NCBI GenBank assembly: GCA_950097015.1
Contig: CATNEN010000031.1
Coordinates: 2,108,001 to 2,172,000 of the forward strand
DNA: 64,000 bases
Direction: 5' to 3'
DNA from: Macrostomum hystrix
Taxonomy: Eukaryota; Animalia; Platyhelminthes
A program made the position numbers and the translations under genes. Each line of letters opens with the position of its first letter. The first letter of the stretch is position 1. Shown piece after piece: positions 12,422-23,325 of this stretch. Below the pieces are notes generated by a model. It was not told where the DNA came from, searched no databases, and saw nothing but the letters and a program-made list of their open reading frames with translations.

Positions 12422-14911
12422 CTAAGGCGGCTGCTGCAAATGCAGCTGAAGAGGAGTCGCATGATGGCTCAAGCTGTGCACAACCGGCTTGGCGGTAGCC
12501 GAGGCGGCCGCGGCGGCAGCGGCCGCAGCAGCGCCCAGAGCGGCTTGCATTCCAGGAGGCAGACTTGCGTGATGGTGCTGCTGTTGCTGTTGCTGCTGCT
12601 GAGGGTGATGATGATTGTGAAACTGCAATGGCAAACCAGTTGAGACTGAAACTGCTCCAATAGTAGAGTTGTGCTGAAGCTGAGCTAACTGCTGCTGGTC
12701 CGCCTGCTGCTGCGGTGAATGAAGGCTCTGCTGAGATTGCGGCGCAGTGGCGACAGTCACGGGAAGCCTGTGCCCGGTGGTCACCACCTGGATGCGCGGC
12801 CGCTGAAGTACGTGAGCGGGCAGGCGCGCAGCTGCGATCCTATGCTGCTGCTGCTGAAGATGTTGCACATGTTGAACATGCTGAACATGCTGCACGTGCT
12901 GTATCTGATGCACTTGCTGCTGCTGCTGTTGATGAGGCAGTGCCGGTCGGTAGAACGGCTGTGCAGCCACCACAGCCATCTGATGCGGCCCACCGTATGT
13001 GACGGCAGCGAGCGCTTGAGCAGTCTGCGGCCCGCCATAGGTGACGGCGGTCAGAGTTTGTGCAGTGTGCGGAACTGCTCCAGGCTGGGCTGCAGGGCCC
13101 TGGAATCGGACTGGACCTGCTGGGGACACTGAGACTAGACTGCCGGCTGGCATTGCCGAGCCTTGAAATATGGCAGCTGATGGCACTAAATTTAACTGCT
13201 GATGTTGCTGTTGCTGCACTTGATGCTGCGGACGTCGGTGCTGCTGCGGAGGCTGCGAGGGTGGCTGCATGAGGGAAGCAGCGGGAACTGCGGCTGCTCC
13301 ATTGGACAGCGAGTGAACTGCCGGCCTACTGGTCTGCATGGTCTTAACAGGCACAACAGACCCAGAGGCTGTCGTTGAGACAATCTGCAAAGAAGAAGCA
13401 GCGCCGCCCATCGTGTGAACTGGAAATCGAGGCACCTGAGACGGTGGCAATGGTTTCGACAAAGGAGCTGCCATCAAAGTTCCCTGAGACAGCGAGGCGG
13501 TTAACAAAGGTGAATGCGAAGGATTTGACTGTGGCGTCAGAGACGAAAGAGGCGGTGGCGGCGGCGGTGGAGGAGGCGGCGGCGGCGGCATGGAAGAAGC
13601 TTGCAAAACGGCAGCGTGCTGAGTTCCCAGCAATTGGGGTGTGTGAATCTTCTGCGGCGGCATGCCGGGCTGGCGCCTGACAACCTCGGCCTGGTGGCGC
13701 CCTCGATCCGTCAGAAGGTCTGCATATTGGCGCAAGAAGACGCGTACAGAGGCGGCCCTGCCAAGCTCTGCAGCGTAGCGGACTGGCTCCTCCGGACGTT
13801 GGCCTTGAACACTGCCGCCGGGAGCGAGTTTTTCAACGGTGAACTGGCCGAAATGCCGACCGTCTGGCCGGCGTTTCAAAACGCGCAGTCGGTGTAAATA
13901 AGGGCATCGGTGGCCAGGCTGAACTCGGACCTCAACTTCCTCCACCAGGGTGTCCGAGAATTCGCATTCTTGCGGCTGACCTGCCGTGGAGGCGGCAGCG
14001 GCGGCTGCAGCTGCGGCATTCGTTGGCACAATGCGATCCGACGGGAATGGGTAGGGTTCCTGCGGCGCCTCTCGCCGTCGTGTCTCATGGCAGAGCCGTT
14101 CCGTCTCCGCCAATTCGTATGTCGGTCGCCAGAAGTCCACCGACTGGTTGCCGCGACGACTACCTAGGAGGTCCCGAATTGACGGTCTCTGCGGACGCAT
14201 CGTTGGCTGCTGTAGCACTGCAGCCAGCTGACTAGGATCGTCCTCCAGTTGGCTTGGCGACGGAGGCGCTGGCAGGTTCAACGCCTGCCTTCGTTGAGCT
14301 TCGTGAGATAAATCTGCTAACTGCTGACGCTTGGCACGACGCCGCTGACGGCCGATGCTGCGCTCGTCGAGGCGACTCTGCAGGTAGGCAAGCAGGCGGC
14401 GACACTCACCACTGCCGCTGACGCCGCCGTTGACTGGCGGCAACCTCAGCGGTTCCAGATCAAGCGGAGTGGCGGATTCGGCCAGATTAATAGCTTCGGC
14501 TTCGGCCTCTAACGGAGTCAAATGCCGCCTGCCAGGGCCGGCCTGTTGCCGCAGCTGATCCCACAGGAACTCGTGTGTCGGACGCAGGGCGATGCGCCGC
14601 CTAGACCGATTGGTCTTGGATTGGCGAACGTCGACCACTTCGAGGGCTACGCCGGCGCCACCGCCATCGCCGATGTCGGCCTGAAAAATGTCTGGATAGT
14701 CGCGCAGATACTCCAACAGGTAGCTGGGTAGGTAGCCTAGCTCCATCAGCTCTAATAGGCCTTCGTCTTCCTCGTAGGAGTAGCAATGAGTGAAGCTGTC
14801 ATCCGGCTTAGGACAAGCGAACACCAACGAGAAGCCAACCTCCGGGCTATTCAACACCAGCGACAGAGTTGGCGAACTCTGTGAGCTCGACAACAGATCC
14901 GTGAAAGACAT
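12422..14911 (-). CDS. SUPT20H: Spt20-family SAGA complex subunit (SUPT20H/FAM48A-like) with a long Q/P/A/H-rich C-terminus
   Basis: Single long coding exon (ORF open to 14935; first ATG at 14911). The N-terminal motifs LSLVLN..GFSL, LPSYLLEYL, EVVDVRQS, RRIALRPT..L and EAEAINLAESATPLDLEP match the Spt20 domain (LPPILVDLL..EIRDYRQS..HILLRPT..ESQLILATAEPLCLDP). Confidence 0.75.
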   Translation of the reverse strand: MSFTDLLSSSQSSPTLSLVLNSPEVGFSLVFACPKPDDSFTHCYSYEEDEGLLELMELGYLPSYLLEYLRDYPDIFQADIGDGGGAGVALEVVDVRQSKTNRSRRRIALRPTHEFLWDQLRQQAGPGRRHLTPLEAEAEAINLAESATPLDLEPLRLPPVNGGVSGSGECRRLLAYLQSRLDERSIGRQRRRAKRQQLADLSHEAQRRQALNLPAPPSPSQLEDDPSQLAAVLQQPTMRPQRPSIRDLLGSRRGNQSVDFWRPTYELAETERLCHETRRREAPQEPYPFPSDRIVPTNAAAAAAAAASTAGQPQECEFSDTLVEEVEVRVQPGHRCPYLHRLRVLKRRPDGRHFGQFTVEKLAPGGSVQGQRPEEPVRYAAELGRAASVRVFLRQYADLLTDRGRHQAEVVRRQPGMPPQKIHTPQLLGTQHAAVLQASSMPPPPPPPPPPPPPLSSLTPQSNPSHSPLLTASLSQGTLMAAPLSKPLPPSQVPRFPVHTMGGAASSLQIVSTTASGSVVPVKTMQTSRPAVHSLSNGAAAVPAASLMQPPSQPPQQHRRPQHQVQQQQHQQLNLVPSAAIFQGSAMPAGSLVSVSPAGPVRFQGPAAQPGAVPHTAQTLTAVTYGGPQTAQALAAVTYGGPHQMAVVAAQPFYRPALPHQQQQQQVHQIQHVQHVQHVQHVQHLQQQQHRIAAARLPAHVLQRPRIQVVTTGHRLPVTVATAPQSQQSLHSPQQQADQQQLAQLQHNSTIGAVSVSTGLPLQFHNHHHPQQQQQQQQHHHASLPPGMQAALGAAAAAAAAAASATAKPVVHSLSHHATPLQLHLQQPP

Positions 14912-15309
14912 TGCGGGCGGTGCAAATGTTTGCACCTGAGCAGCAAATTGAAACTGAAGGCTTTACCTTCCACTGGTCTGCTCCCGTACCCAGCAATCAC
15001 GATGGCTGAGAGACAAGGGTCCGAGAGAAACAGGAGCCCGGCTGATAGGTAAATCAGATTTGGAGAAAATGTGAGTTCACAAGTCTGGCCTTCTTAATGC
15101 ATGGGATCCGGCGGCTGAGGGCCGACTGCCCGACGCTTGAATCTGCAGCTGAAAAGGCGGTGTGGTGGCACCTGGCCCGCATTTAAACAGTGCTAAAAAT
15201 CTAATTTGAAAGGCTAGTGACGGTTAAAAACAATTGGATTTTCGGGTTACTGGTAGTCGCACTAAAAATTAATCGGTAGGCTAGTGACAGCCTACTGATC
15301 AAACCCGGT

Positions 15310-15410
15310 TAGCACAGTGAAAGTGTACACACTGCCTGACAGTGTATAGCCCTGTGTGACTGCGTGTGTGCTCAGGAGTCAGAGGAATGGGCAGAGTTAT
15401 CCTCTCGCTC
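15310..15410 (+). mobile_element. SINE family B fragment
   Basis: Contains gtgtacacactgcctgac...gtgtgtgctcaggagtcag..aatgggcag. The hairpin loop seen in other copies is deleted. Confidence 0.7.
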
Positions 15411-15892
15411 GCTACGAACTGGTCACTCACTGGTCAGCCCCGGTGGAGGTGGGAGGTGGGAGCACTAAGCACTAAATTAAGTATTAATAAATCATAAACT
15501 TACACGCAGAAGATAATATGCAAAGTATTTGTATATTTATTATATCGCCAAATGTAAATGAGCTATTGGCATGGATACCGTATCATAATGAATTTACTGG
15601 GACTTTACCGGAGACAAACTGCTTCAAAAAAGTCAGTAGACAGCATCAAACGATGTAAAAATGGTTTATTTCACATCTAAGACACGATTCACTTATTTAC
15701 TACTGCATAGTTAAAAGCACAAGAAGTCGTATAATAAATGTAACAAAAAGATATAATTTACGCAAAGAAATAAAAGTCATAACCGAACTAGTAACAACAG
15801 CCGCTAACAAAAATGTGGACATCTTTGAAAATCCTAGCTTGATGTAGTAAAAAACGCTAAGACACAATTTGAAAACCTGCCTCACGAAGTGA

Positions 15893-18317
15893 TTATTGCA
15901 TTCGCAGTTCATCCGGGCAGTCGGGCTGCTTCTCCGGCCTGGCCTCAATGAAGGCCTGCTGTTCCATCAGGGCCTGATTAATTCGGCTAATAGTTGGGAA
16001 TTGAGTCATATCTACACTGAATCGGCCGGCATTGTACACCTGGGGTACTAGGCATAGGTCGGCTATGCTAATGCTGTTCTTATAGCAGTACTTGCCGGAT
16101 GTCTCAATGAGGCGCTTCTCAAGGGCCTGGAAGCCACGCTCGATCCAGTAGCGGCCCCAGTCGGCCTTCTTATCCTCGCCGGCGCGGGCGCCCACCTGAG
16201 GTTGGAGACGGGAGATCAAGGCTAATGAAGGCTGAAGAGGGCAGATAAGAGATAATGGCTGTGCCACAGAAGGCTGATAAGGAGTAATGGCTGTGCCACA
16301 GAAGGGTGATAAGGAGTAATGGCTGTGCCACAGAAGGGTGATAAGGAGTAATGGCTGTGCCACAGAAGGGTGATAAGGAGTAATGGCTGTGCCACAGAAG
16401 GGTGATAAGGAGTAACGGCTGTGCCAAAGAAGGCTGATAAGGAGCATTGGCTGTGCCACAGAAGGCTGATAAGGAGTAACGGCTGTGCCAAAGAAGGCTG
16501 ATAAGGAGTAACGGCTGTGCCAAAGAAGGCTGATAAGGAGCATTGGCTGTGCCACAGAAGACTGATAAGGAGTATTGGCTGTGGCAGAATGTACATAAGG
16601 ATTAGTGGATGTGGCAGAGATAGCAGACAATGGTTCAGACAATCATTCAATCGATGCTCACTGATGGATTCTGCAGCGGCTGAATTCCGGAGGCAATAAT
16701 TTCGGTGAGCTCGCGAACTATCGCCCGCTCCACTGGAAGATCGGGCAGCAGACGGGTGCCCCGGTCTTTGTAGGCCTCCTCGAGATATTCAATGATAGCC
16801 AAAGACTGGGTCATTGTGTGCCCATCGATCACCAGCGTTGGCACCTGCCCCATTGGACAGACGGCTAAGTATTCATCCGATCGATTCTCGCCTTTTAGTA
16901 GGTTAATTGGCCGGGTATCGAACTCAAGACCTTTCAGCAATAGAGCGATGCGAACACGCCAGGAGCACGAAGAACGAAAGTAGGAGTACAGGATTGGCTG
17001 GAAACAACAAGGTAAAATGGAAATACAAGAGTGGTACTTATTCTTAACTTTGTCAAGATTTGTCACTTAGTCTCAATCTGGACCGAAAAGAGACATACTC
17101 TAGTGTGTCATTACGTAACCGGTTCTCTAGTGCGTCTTTGTGCAACTGGTCCTCTAGTGTGTCTTTGTGCAACTGGTCCTCTAGTGTGTCATTACGTAAC
17201 TGGTTCTCTAGTGCGTCTTTGTGCAACTGGTTCCCTAGTGCGTCTTTGTGCAACTGGTCCTCTAGTGCGTCTTTGTGCAACTGGTCCTCTAGTGTGTCAT
17301 TACGTAACCGGTTCTCTAGTGCGTCTTTGTGCAACTGGTCCTCTAGTGCGTCTTTGTGCAACTGGTCCTCTAGTGCGTCTTTGTGCAACTGGTCCTCTAG
17401 TGTGTCATTACGTAACTGGTTCTCTAGTGCGTCTTTGTGCAACTGGTTCTCTAGTGCGTCTTTGTGCAACTGGTCCTCTAGTGCGTCTTTGTGTGTGCAA
17501 CTGGTCCTCTAGTGTGTCTTTGTGCAACTGGTCCTCTAGTGTGTCATTACGTAACTGGTTCTCTAGTGCGTCTTTGTGCAACTGGTTCTCTAGTGCGTCT
17601 TTGTGCAACTGGTCCTCTAGTGCGTCTTTGTGCAACTGGTCCTCTAGTGTGTCATTACGTAACTGGTTCTCTAGTGCGTCTTTGTGCAACTGGTTCTCTA
17701 GTGCGTCTTTGTGCAACTGGTTCTCTAGTGCGTCTTTGTGCAACTGGTCCTCTAGTGTGTCTAAATGCAACTTGTCCTCTAGTGTGTCTAAATGCAACTT
17801 GTCCTCTAGTGTGTCTTTGTGCAGCTGGTCCTCTAGTGTGTCTTTATGCAACTGGTCCTTAGTGGGTCTTTATGCAACTGGTCCTCTAGTGTGTCTTTAT
17901 GCAACTGGTCCTCTAGTGTGTCTTTATGCAACTGGTCCTTAGTGGGTCTTTATGCAACTGGCCCTCTAGTGTGTCTTTGTGCAGCTGGTCTTCTAGTGTT
18001 TCTTTATGCAACAGGTCCTCTAGTGTGTCTTTATGCAGCTGGTCCTTCAGTGTCTCTTTATGCGACTGGTCCTTCAGTGTCTCTTTATGCGACTGTCCTT
18101 CAGTGTCTCTTTATGCAGCTGGTCCTTCAGTGTCTCTTTATGCGACTGGTCCTTCAGTGTCTCTTTATGCGACTGGTCCTTCAGTGTCTCTTTATGCGAC
18201 TGGTCCTTCAGTGTCTCTTTATGCGACTGGTCCTCAAGTGGGAGAAAATTTATATTAACTGGCTATCATTTGGCTTTAATTTAAACTAATGCATTTACAT
18301 ACCTTTGCTGCAGACAT
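15893..18317 (-). CDS. GSTZ1: Glutathione S-transferase zeta / maleylacetoacetate isomerase, 217 aa
   Basis: Exons are 18317-18303 (MSAAK, GTATGT donor), 16997-16662 ([19 protein letters not shown]...[11 protein letters not shown]) and 16195-15893 (...[18 protein letters not shown]...P...QPDCP). The zeta-class SSC motif is present. Intron 1 is at the same position as in human MQAGK|PILYSY. Confidence 0.95.
16245..16620. repeat. 32-bp minisatellite (GTGCCACAGAAGGGTGATAAGGAGTAATGGCT)n in GSTZ intron 2
   Basis: About 10 copies, decaying to the right. Confidence 0.95.
17090..18235. repeat. 27-bp minisatellite (CTAGTGCGTCTTTGTGCAACTGGTCCT)n filling GSTZ intron 1
   Basis: About 42 copies, with periodic TCATTACGTAAC variants and drift of the unit along the array. 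Confidence 0.95.
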
Positions 18318-18967
18318 GATTATACGGCCGCACAGTCAGAAACAAAGTATAAAATTTGCGTCACTGCAATAAAACGTGAAGAATTTTTGCAGATTATCGG
18401 TAAAGCAAAACAACCTAAGAGCATTTTAATTACTGCTAATATCAAATGTTAATTCTCAATTTAAAAGAAAGATTAAATAAACCTAGTTTTATTCACAACT
18501 TACAATAAGGTTAATAAGTTAAGACATCATATTGTAACGCATGGATAGTCATACTCGTACAAGTAGAAGTAGTTAAGAGGAATATTGAAAAGTTAGTATA
18601 TTTTTATTTTACAAACTTAAGAAAACAATTTGCACACCGAGTTAGACAATGAGACACCAACATATTCACCGTTGAAACTTGTTTAAAAAAGTGAATGAAT
18701 GCTGCTGCTACTGTACAAACAGTCAGATCAGACACAATGATCACGTGAATGCAAACAAACGCCATGAAAGTAAGTTTTTTGCAACTTTTGAAAGTTTCAA
18801 TGATCCTTTATATGTGCACTGTCTAATTTAATTGCGCAATAAAAGCGGTTTTGCCAATAATTATCCTACAGCCACACATGCGGCTGCCTAAAAAAACCAG
18901 TGGCTAAGTATAACTGTAGAACACCTAGAAAACTTTGCCACAATGGAGTCCTGGCCTTTAAAACTCA

Positions 18968-21900
18968 TCAGTGTGAGTCCCTGTCAACACCGCCGCCTCC
19001 GCCAGCTGAACGATCCTCCTGCTCAACTTCATCTTTGTCGTCTTCTTCATCCTCGGAGTCCTCTTCTATGTCTTCGTCAGCGTCGTCGTCATCATCTTCG
19101 TCTTCATTCTCTTCGTCGAGATCGACTCCGCCACCGTCCTGACGTCGGCGCCAACGCTTGGCCAAGCTGAGCAGTTGCAGATTTGGCTGCTGCCGCTCGT
19201 CTGGGAACAGAAGCTCTTCGAATTCTTCCCAACCGCCGTCGTCTGTGCGGCGCCTACGCGTAACCCGCTCGGGCAACAGGTCCAGGACTCGGCGAACTGA
19301 TGGTTGCTCGTCGACTCGATCCGACGCATCGGCAGCCTGGCGCCGTTCAAACTCCAGCCAGGCCTCCAGCAGGACCAGCCGTTGGGCCGGATCGCGGCCA
19401 TATCGCATCGCTGCGTCCGCCTCGGTGTAGACTCGCCTGGCCGCATCGGCGCCATCGCCGTGCGCCTCTTCGAAGCCGGCGAAGCTCAGCCAAACCTTGA
19501 CGTGCTGGGTGCGTTCAAGCAGTTCGCGGTATAACGATCTAGCATTGCTAAATTCTTCCGATTCGATTTCAAAGTCAATGAAGCCTTTCCAAAGCAGCTC
19601 CGGCATGTCTAGCCGAGGCTGGCCAACGGCCAGTCGATAGATAGCCCTGGCCCGATCTAGGTCACCCAGTACGGTCTCAAATTCTGCGAATCGCATCCAA
19701 GTCTGACAATTGTCGGGCGAAAATTCTAGAAATTTTTCATACAATCTTCGGCAACGATCGAATTCGCGCAATTGAATCTCTAGCTCTATGTAGCCGCGAA
19801 ATAGGCGCTCCTTGGGACACCGGCCCAGCGCCTGGCCCAGCAACCGCCTGGCAGCCGCAACGTTGCGTTGGCGAACTTCAAATTTAGCAAATAATAGCCA
19901 GACCTTGGCAAAGGTGAACTTCTTATGCGGCACCACAGTCAGACAGGTCTGGTACACCTCTCTAGTACGCTGCATATCAGTGGCCACTAGCTCCTCAAAC
20001 AGGGCATAGTAGATCCACAGGTAGATGTAGCGACGCCAGTGCTGCTTTTCCTCAAATGGCGGCAAGCAGGCGATGGCTTTCTCGTAGATTTGACGGACAT
20101 CGTCAACCTGGCCAGTGGTTGCCAGTTCCTCTTCGGCTAAGCGAATGAAATCGAACCAAGCGTCGTAATTGAGCGGATTCTCTTCCAGTTCGTTCTCGTA
20201 TTTTAATCGACGCTTGTTAATTACTACACTCTCGATGGCGCCTCTATCGCCGTACTTTTTCTCGTGCACAGTGTAGGCCTTGTAGATTTCAGCCTGCTCA
20301 GATTTTGGCAAGTTGTCCAACGCGAATCGATAGATGAAACGGGCCCGCTCGTGCTCCTTTTGACGCTCTTCGAATCGGGCGAATTCAATCAGCAGGCGGG
20401 AGTCGGGATTCTCGTTGCCATAGAATTCCACGCCGCGTTCGAACACCTGCGAACGGGTGCGTTTTATGATAGAATCTAAGTATTCTACTATGAGTAGAAT
20501 GAGTTCAAAACATATCTTGCGTCATTCCTAAAGTTATCCTCTATGTTTATGTACGCACATTGTTAAAAAAATTATTTAGCCTAACAAACAACAACAATAA
20601 CAATACACGCTAGCCCCAAAAGTGAGGAAGGCAGCGGCAGAGCGCGCGAACGTGGTCTGCGCCGGTGGCAGTGTCGGGCGCCCCGGCGTCACTCAGCAGG
20701 CAGTCGATGTAGTGGCGGGTCCGCTACGCTTGTTAATTAATTTAGCCTAAATGGGCCTTACATTCATACAGACAACGGCACAGCTGCTGTTATCCCGCGG
20801 CGCATAGAATGGATATGTACAGCTTTTCAGTCCATGGACTGGGAAGACCGCCAAGTTACAAATTATCCTAGCTAATGATGGTAGCTATTTTACAACTGGG
20901 TGAAATTATTGGGGAATTAAGTATCTTGCTCGAGGACCTGAATCCCTAAGCTGAGATTCGAACTCCCGACCTCTCCTTAAAAGGTCGGAAGTTCTAACCA
21001 CTGGGCTACAAGCTAATATAATATAATATTAGAATGTTCTAAGTGCACAAGTACTTTCATGGAATTACTGCTCGTGTAAAATACATCCTATTCTAAGCCT
21101 GCTAGTTGTGTACACTTTTCATATTATAATGAGTCGTCAGAACGCCTCCTCTACAGATAAGCCGCCACTCACCTCCCGCGCGCTAGCCAGGTAGCCGTTT
21201 CTCTCCTCGAACTTGGCATACTTAATCCAGTTCTTGGGCTCCGGATGAACCAGAACGAATCTCTCGTAGATCTTGCGCGCCCTGTCTAGCTCTTTGTAGC
21301 GCAGTTCAAAATTAATATAGGAATGCCAGGCCTGCTCGTCCGGCTCCCATTCCATGAAGCGCTCGAAAATCTGCCTGGCGCCAGCCACATTGCCCAGCAT
21401 CTCCTCCATGTAGGCGTATTTGTACCAGAACTGGCTGACTCTGGGCAGGATCGACACCGCCCGATCGAAGATGTTCCTGGCGTGGTTCACCTGCGAGTTA
21501 ATTGAGACAAATGAAATACGCGACTTGATGCTTCAATTAGTTTGAAACAATAATAATAATAATAATAATTGATTACACCTGTCCCGATTGGGCCAGATGT
21601 GCGGCCGACAGCACAGACGCAGCTATTGCGCCGCGCATCTGAAGGCTGCGTACAGCTGTTCAGTCCATGGACTGGGGGGACGCCACATCCACCCTCAATT
21701 ACCCCAGCTAATGCTGGTACACATTTAACAGCTGGGTGAACTGAAGCAATGCAGAGTCAAGTGCCTTGCTAAAGGACACAAATTGTTCCAGTGGAGTCGG
21801 GAATCGAACCCCCGACCTTCAAGTCGTGATTCCGACGCTCTAACCACAAGGCAAGGCTACAACCTCACTTTGAAACAAACGCTTGAAACAAAACTGTCTC

Positions 21901-22336
21901 AATCAACACTGTCCAGCCTCACCTGCTTGTGCTTCATCTCCATCTCGGCATATTTAATCCACAAGCTTGGCGATCGATAATCAACATCTAGCGCTCGCTC
22001 GTAGACACTCCGAGCTTTGGCTAATTCGCCCTGCTCCTCCTCGAATGATGCGTATTTAATCCAGTTGTGCAGTGAGGTCCTGTTCTTTCTAATATTATCT
22101 TCGTATTCTTTGCGTTTGCGCAGCTGAAAGTCGCGCAGCTCGGCCATGCTGCTAATCTTCTGCTTCGGTGGCGCCGCTTGCACCTCCAGTTCGCGCTCTT
22201 TGGCCTCTCGCAACAGCTGCTCGGCCGTAATCTGCACCTGGTTGGCCATCTTATTCTTGGCCTTCATTGATTTTGCCAGCTTAGCGTGACGACCGCGAGA
22301 GCCGCCGCCGAATTCGTCGATGTCGTCTGTGTCCAT
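18968..22336 (-). CDS. CRNKL1: Crooked neck / CRNKL1 (Clf1/Syf3) HAT-repeat splicing factor, 736 aa
   Basis: Exons are 22336-21923, 21490-21173 and 20446-18968, all phase 0 with GT-AG introns. Diagnostic motifs are KNK...[49 protein letters not shown], and [17 protein letters not shown]. The C-terminus is acidic. Confidence 0.97.
20585..20735 (-). mobile_element. 3'-terminal fragment of the RTE-like LINE family seen at 25040-26750
   Basis: cgctagccccaaaagt...gcgcgaacgtggtc..cgc.ggtggcagtgtcgggcgccccggcg is shared with 25068-25170, with a (GTT)n-type tail. It lies in crn intron 2. Confidence 0.85.
20740..21010 (-). mobile_element. CORE-type tRNA SINE, family A (diverged copy)
   Basis: Minus strand has the A box TAGCCCAGTGG, the B box GTTCGAATC, a CORE-like gtcctcgagcaagatacttaa..ttcacccagttgtaaaat, and the CAGTCCATGGACTG palindrome. 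Confidence 0.75.
21551..21868 (-). mobile_element. CORE-type tRNA SINE, family A, full length with 10-bp target-site duplication
   Basis: Head tggttagagcg...ggttcgattcc. The central tgtgtcctttagcaaggcacttgac...cttcagttcacccagctgttaaatg resembles the MIR/CORE domain. It has an (ATT)n tail, and TTTGAAACAA flanks both ends (21541-21550 and 21869-21878). Confidence 0.88.
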
Positions 22337-23268
22337 TGGCGCTGCGTTGGCTGAAAGCCGAGGAGGCAAATACGACTTCATGATATGTTAATGATAGTAT
22401 GAGGGATGGGGATAACATGGGGATGGTATGTTTTATTGATGGGATTTTGCTTAAGGGGGTATTGGTTGTTTGCTTGGGAGACTTTGGTTGTCTGCTGGGG
22501 GGAGTTGGTTATTAAAATGTAATTAATTTATTATTCATGGTACATATTTAAATGGCATTATTCTCATAATGATGGAAACAAAGCAGCTAGATATTAATAT
22601 ATGTTAATGAATACAAATGCCAAGACCTATTATTAGCAGATTTATAACCTAGACAATTATTTTTTTCTATACTTTTCAGCTTAGTAAATGGCTGGAGGCT
22701 AAAACGACCAGCAACTTGATGATTTTTGCTTGACCAAAAACAAGGTTAATTGAACTGAGGCCAATAGCCAAGCTTTGGCATATGCATGGCAAATATTCAT
22801 TGGCTAGCCACATATAGGCTGCTCCAAATCTACAGGGCCTGTGAATGGTCCTATTCAAAATGTCTAGATTTGACAGCCATGCAACCAACTGGTGTGGTGG
22901 ACTCTAGTTTGTCAATGTCTTTGTCTAATCATACAGAATCAGTTTAGCAACTTTATTTATTGGGTGGCCCACTACCCACATAGTCAAGATCAAACTATAT
23001 GCCAGAAAGAATTTGAAATATATTCTTCATTTCAAACCAAACTATGCCACATGAAAAAATGACCAAATGTCTTGTGGAGTTAGGCCAAATTTTATAAGTT
23101 CTAAGTTACTTTTTTATTTGAAAATAGAAATTATAAAATGGTTTGTTTGCTTTTTTGTTGAGTTATGACATTTTGTGAATAAAGAATGAAAACTGAAATA
23201 ACTACTTTTACTTATATAATTTTTGGTAAAACAAAAAAGTTTTGTCATGTTTGTTACTTTATGCTTAC

Positions 23269-23325
23269 ATTCTAAGCTACCACTTATATAAGTTATATAT
23301 ACTTATATAAGTGGTAGCTTAGAAT
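23269..23325. repeat. Perfect 25-bp inverted repeat with 7-nt loop
   Basis: ATTCTAAGCTACCACTTATATAAGT-tatatat-ACTTATATAAGTGGTAGCTTAGAAT. Confidence 0.95.

Noticed and set aside
21790-21868. tRNA-like heads with A and B boxes (also ~2900, 27090, 28270, 51430 and 53640)
   Set aside because: They do not fold into complete cloverleafs and continue into SINE bodies, so they are SINE heads rather than tRNA genes.
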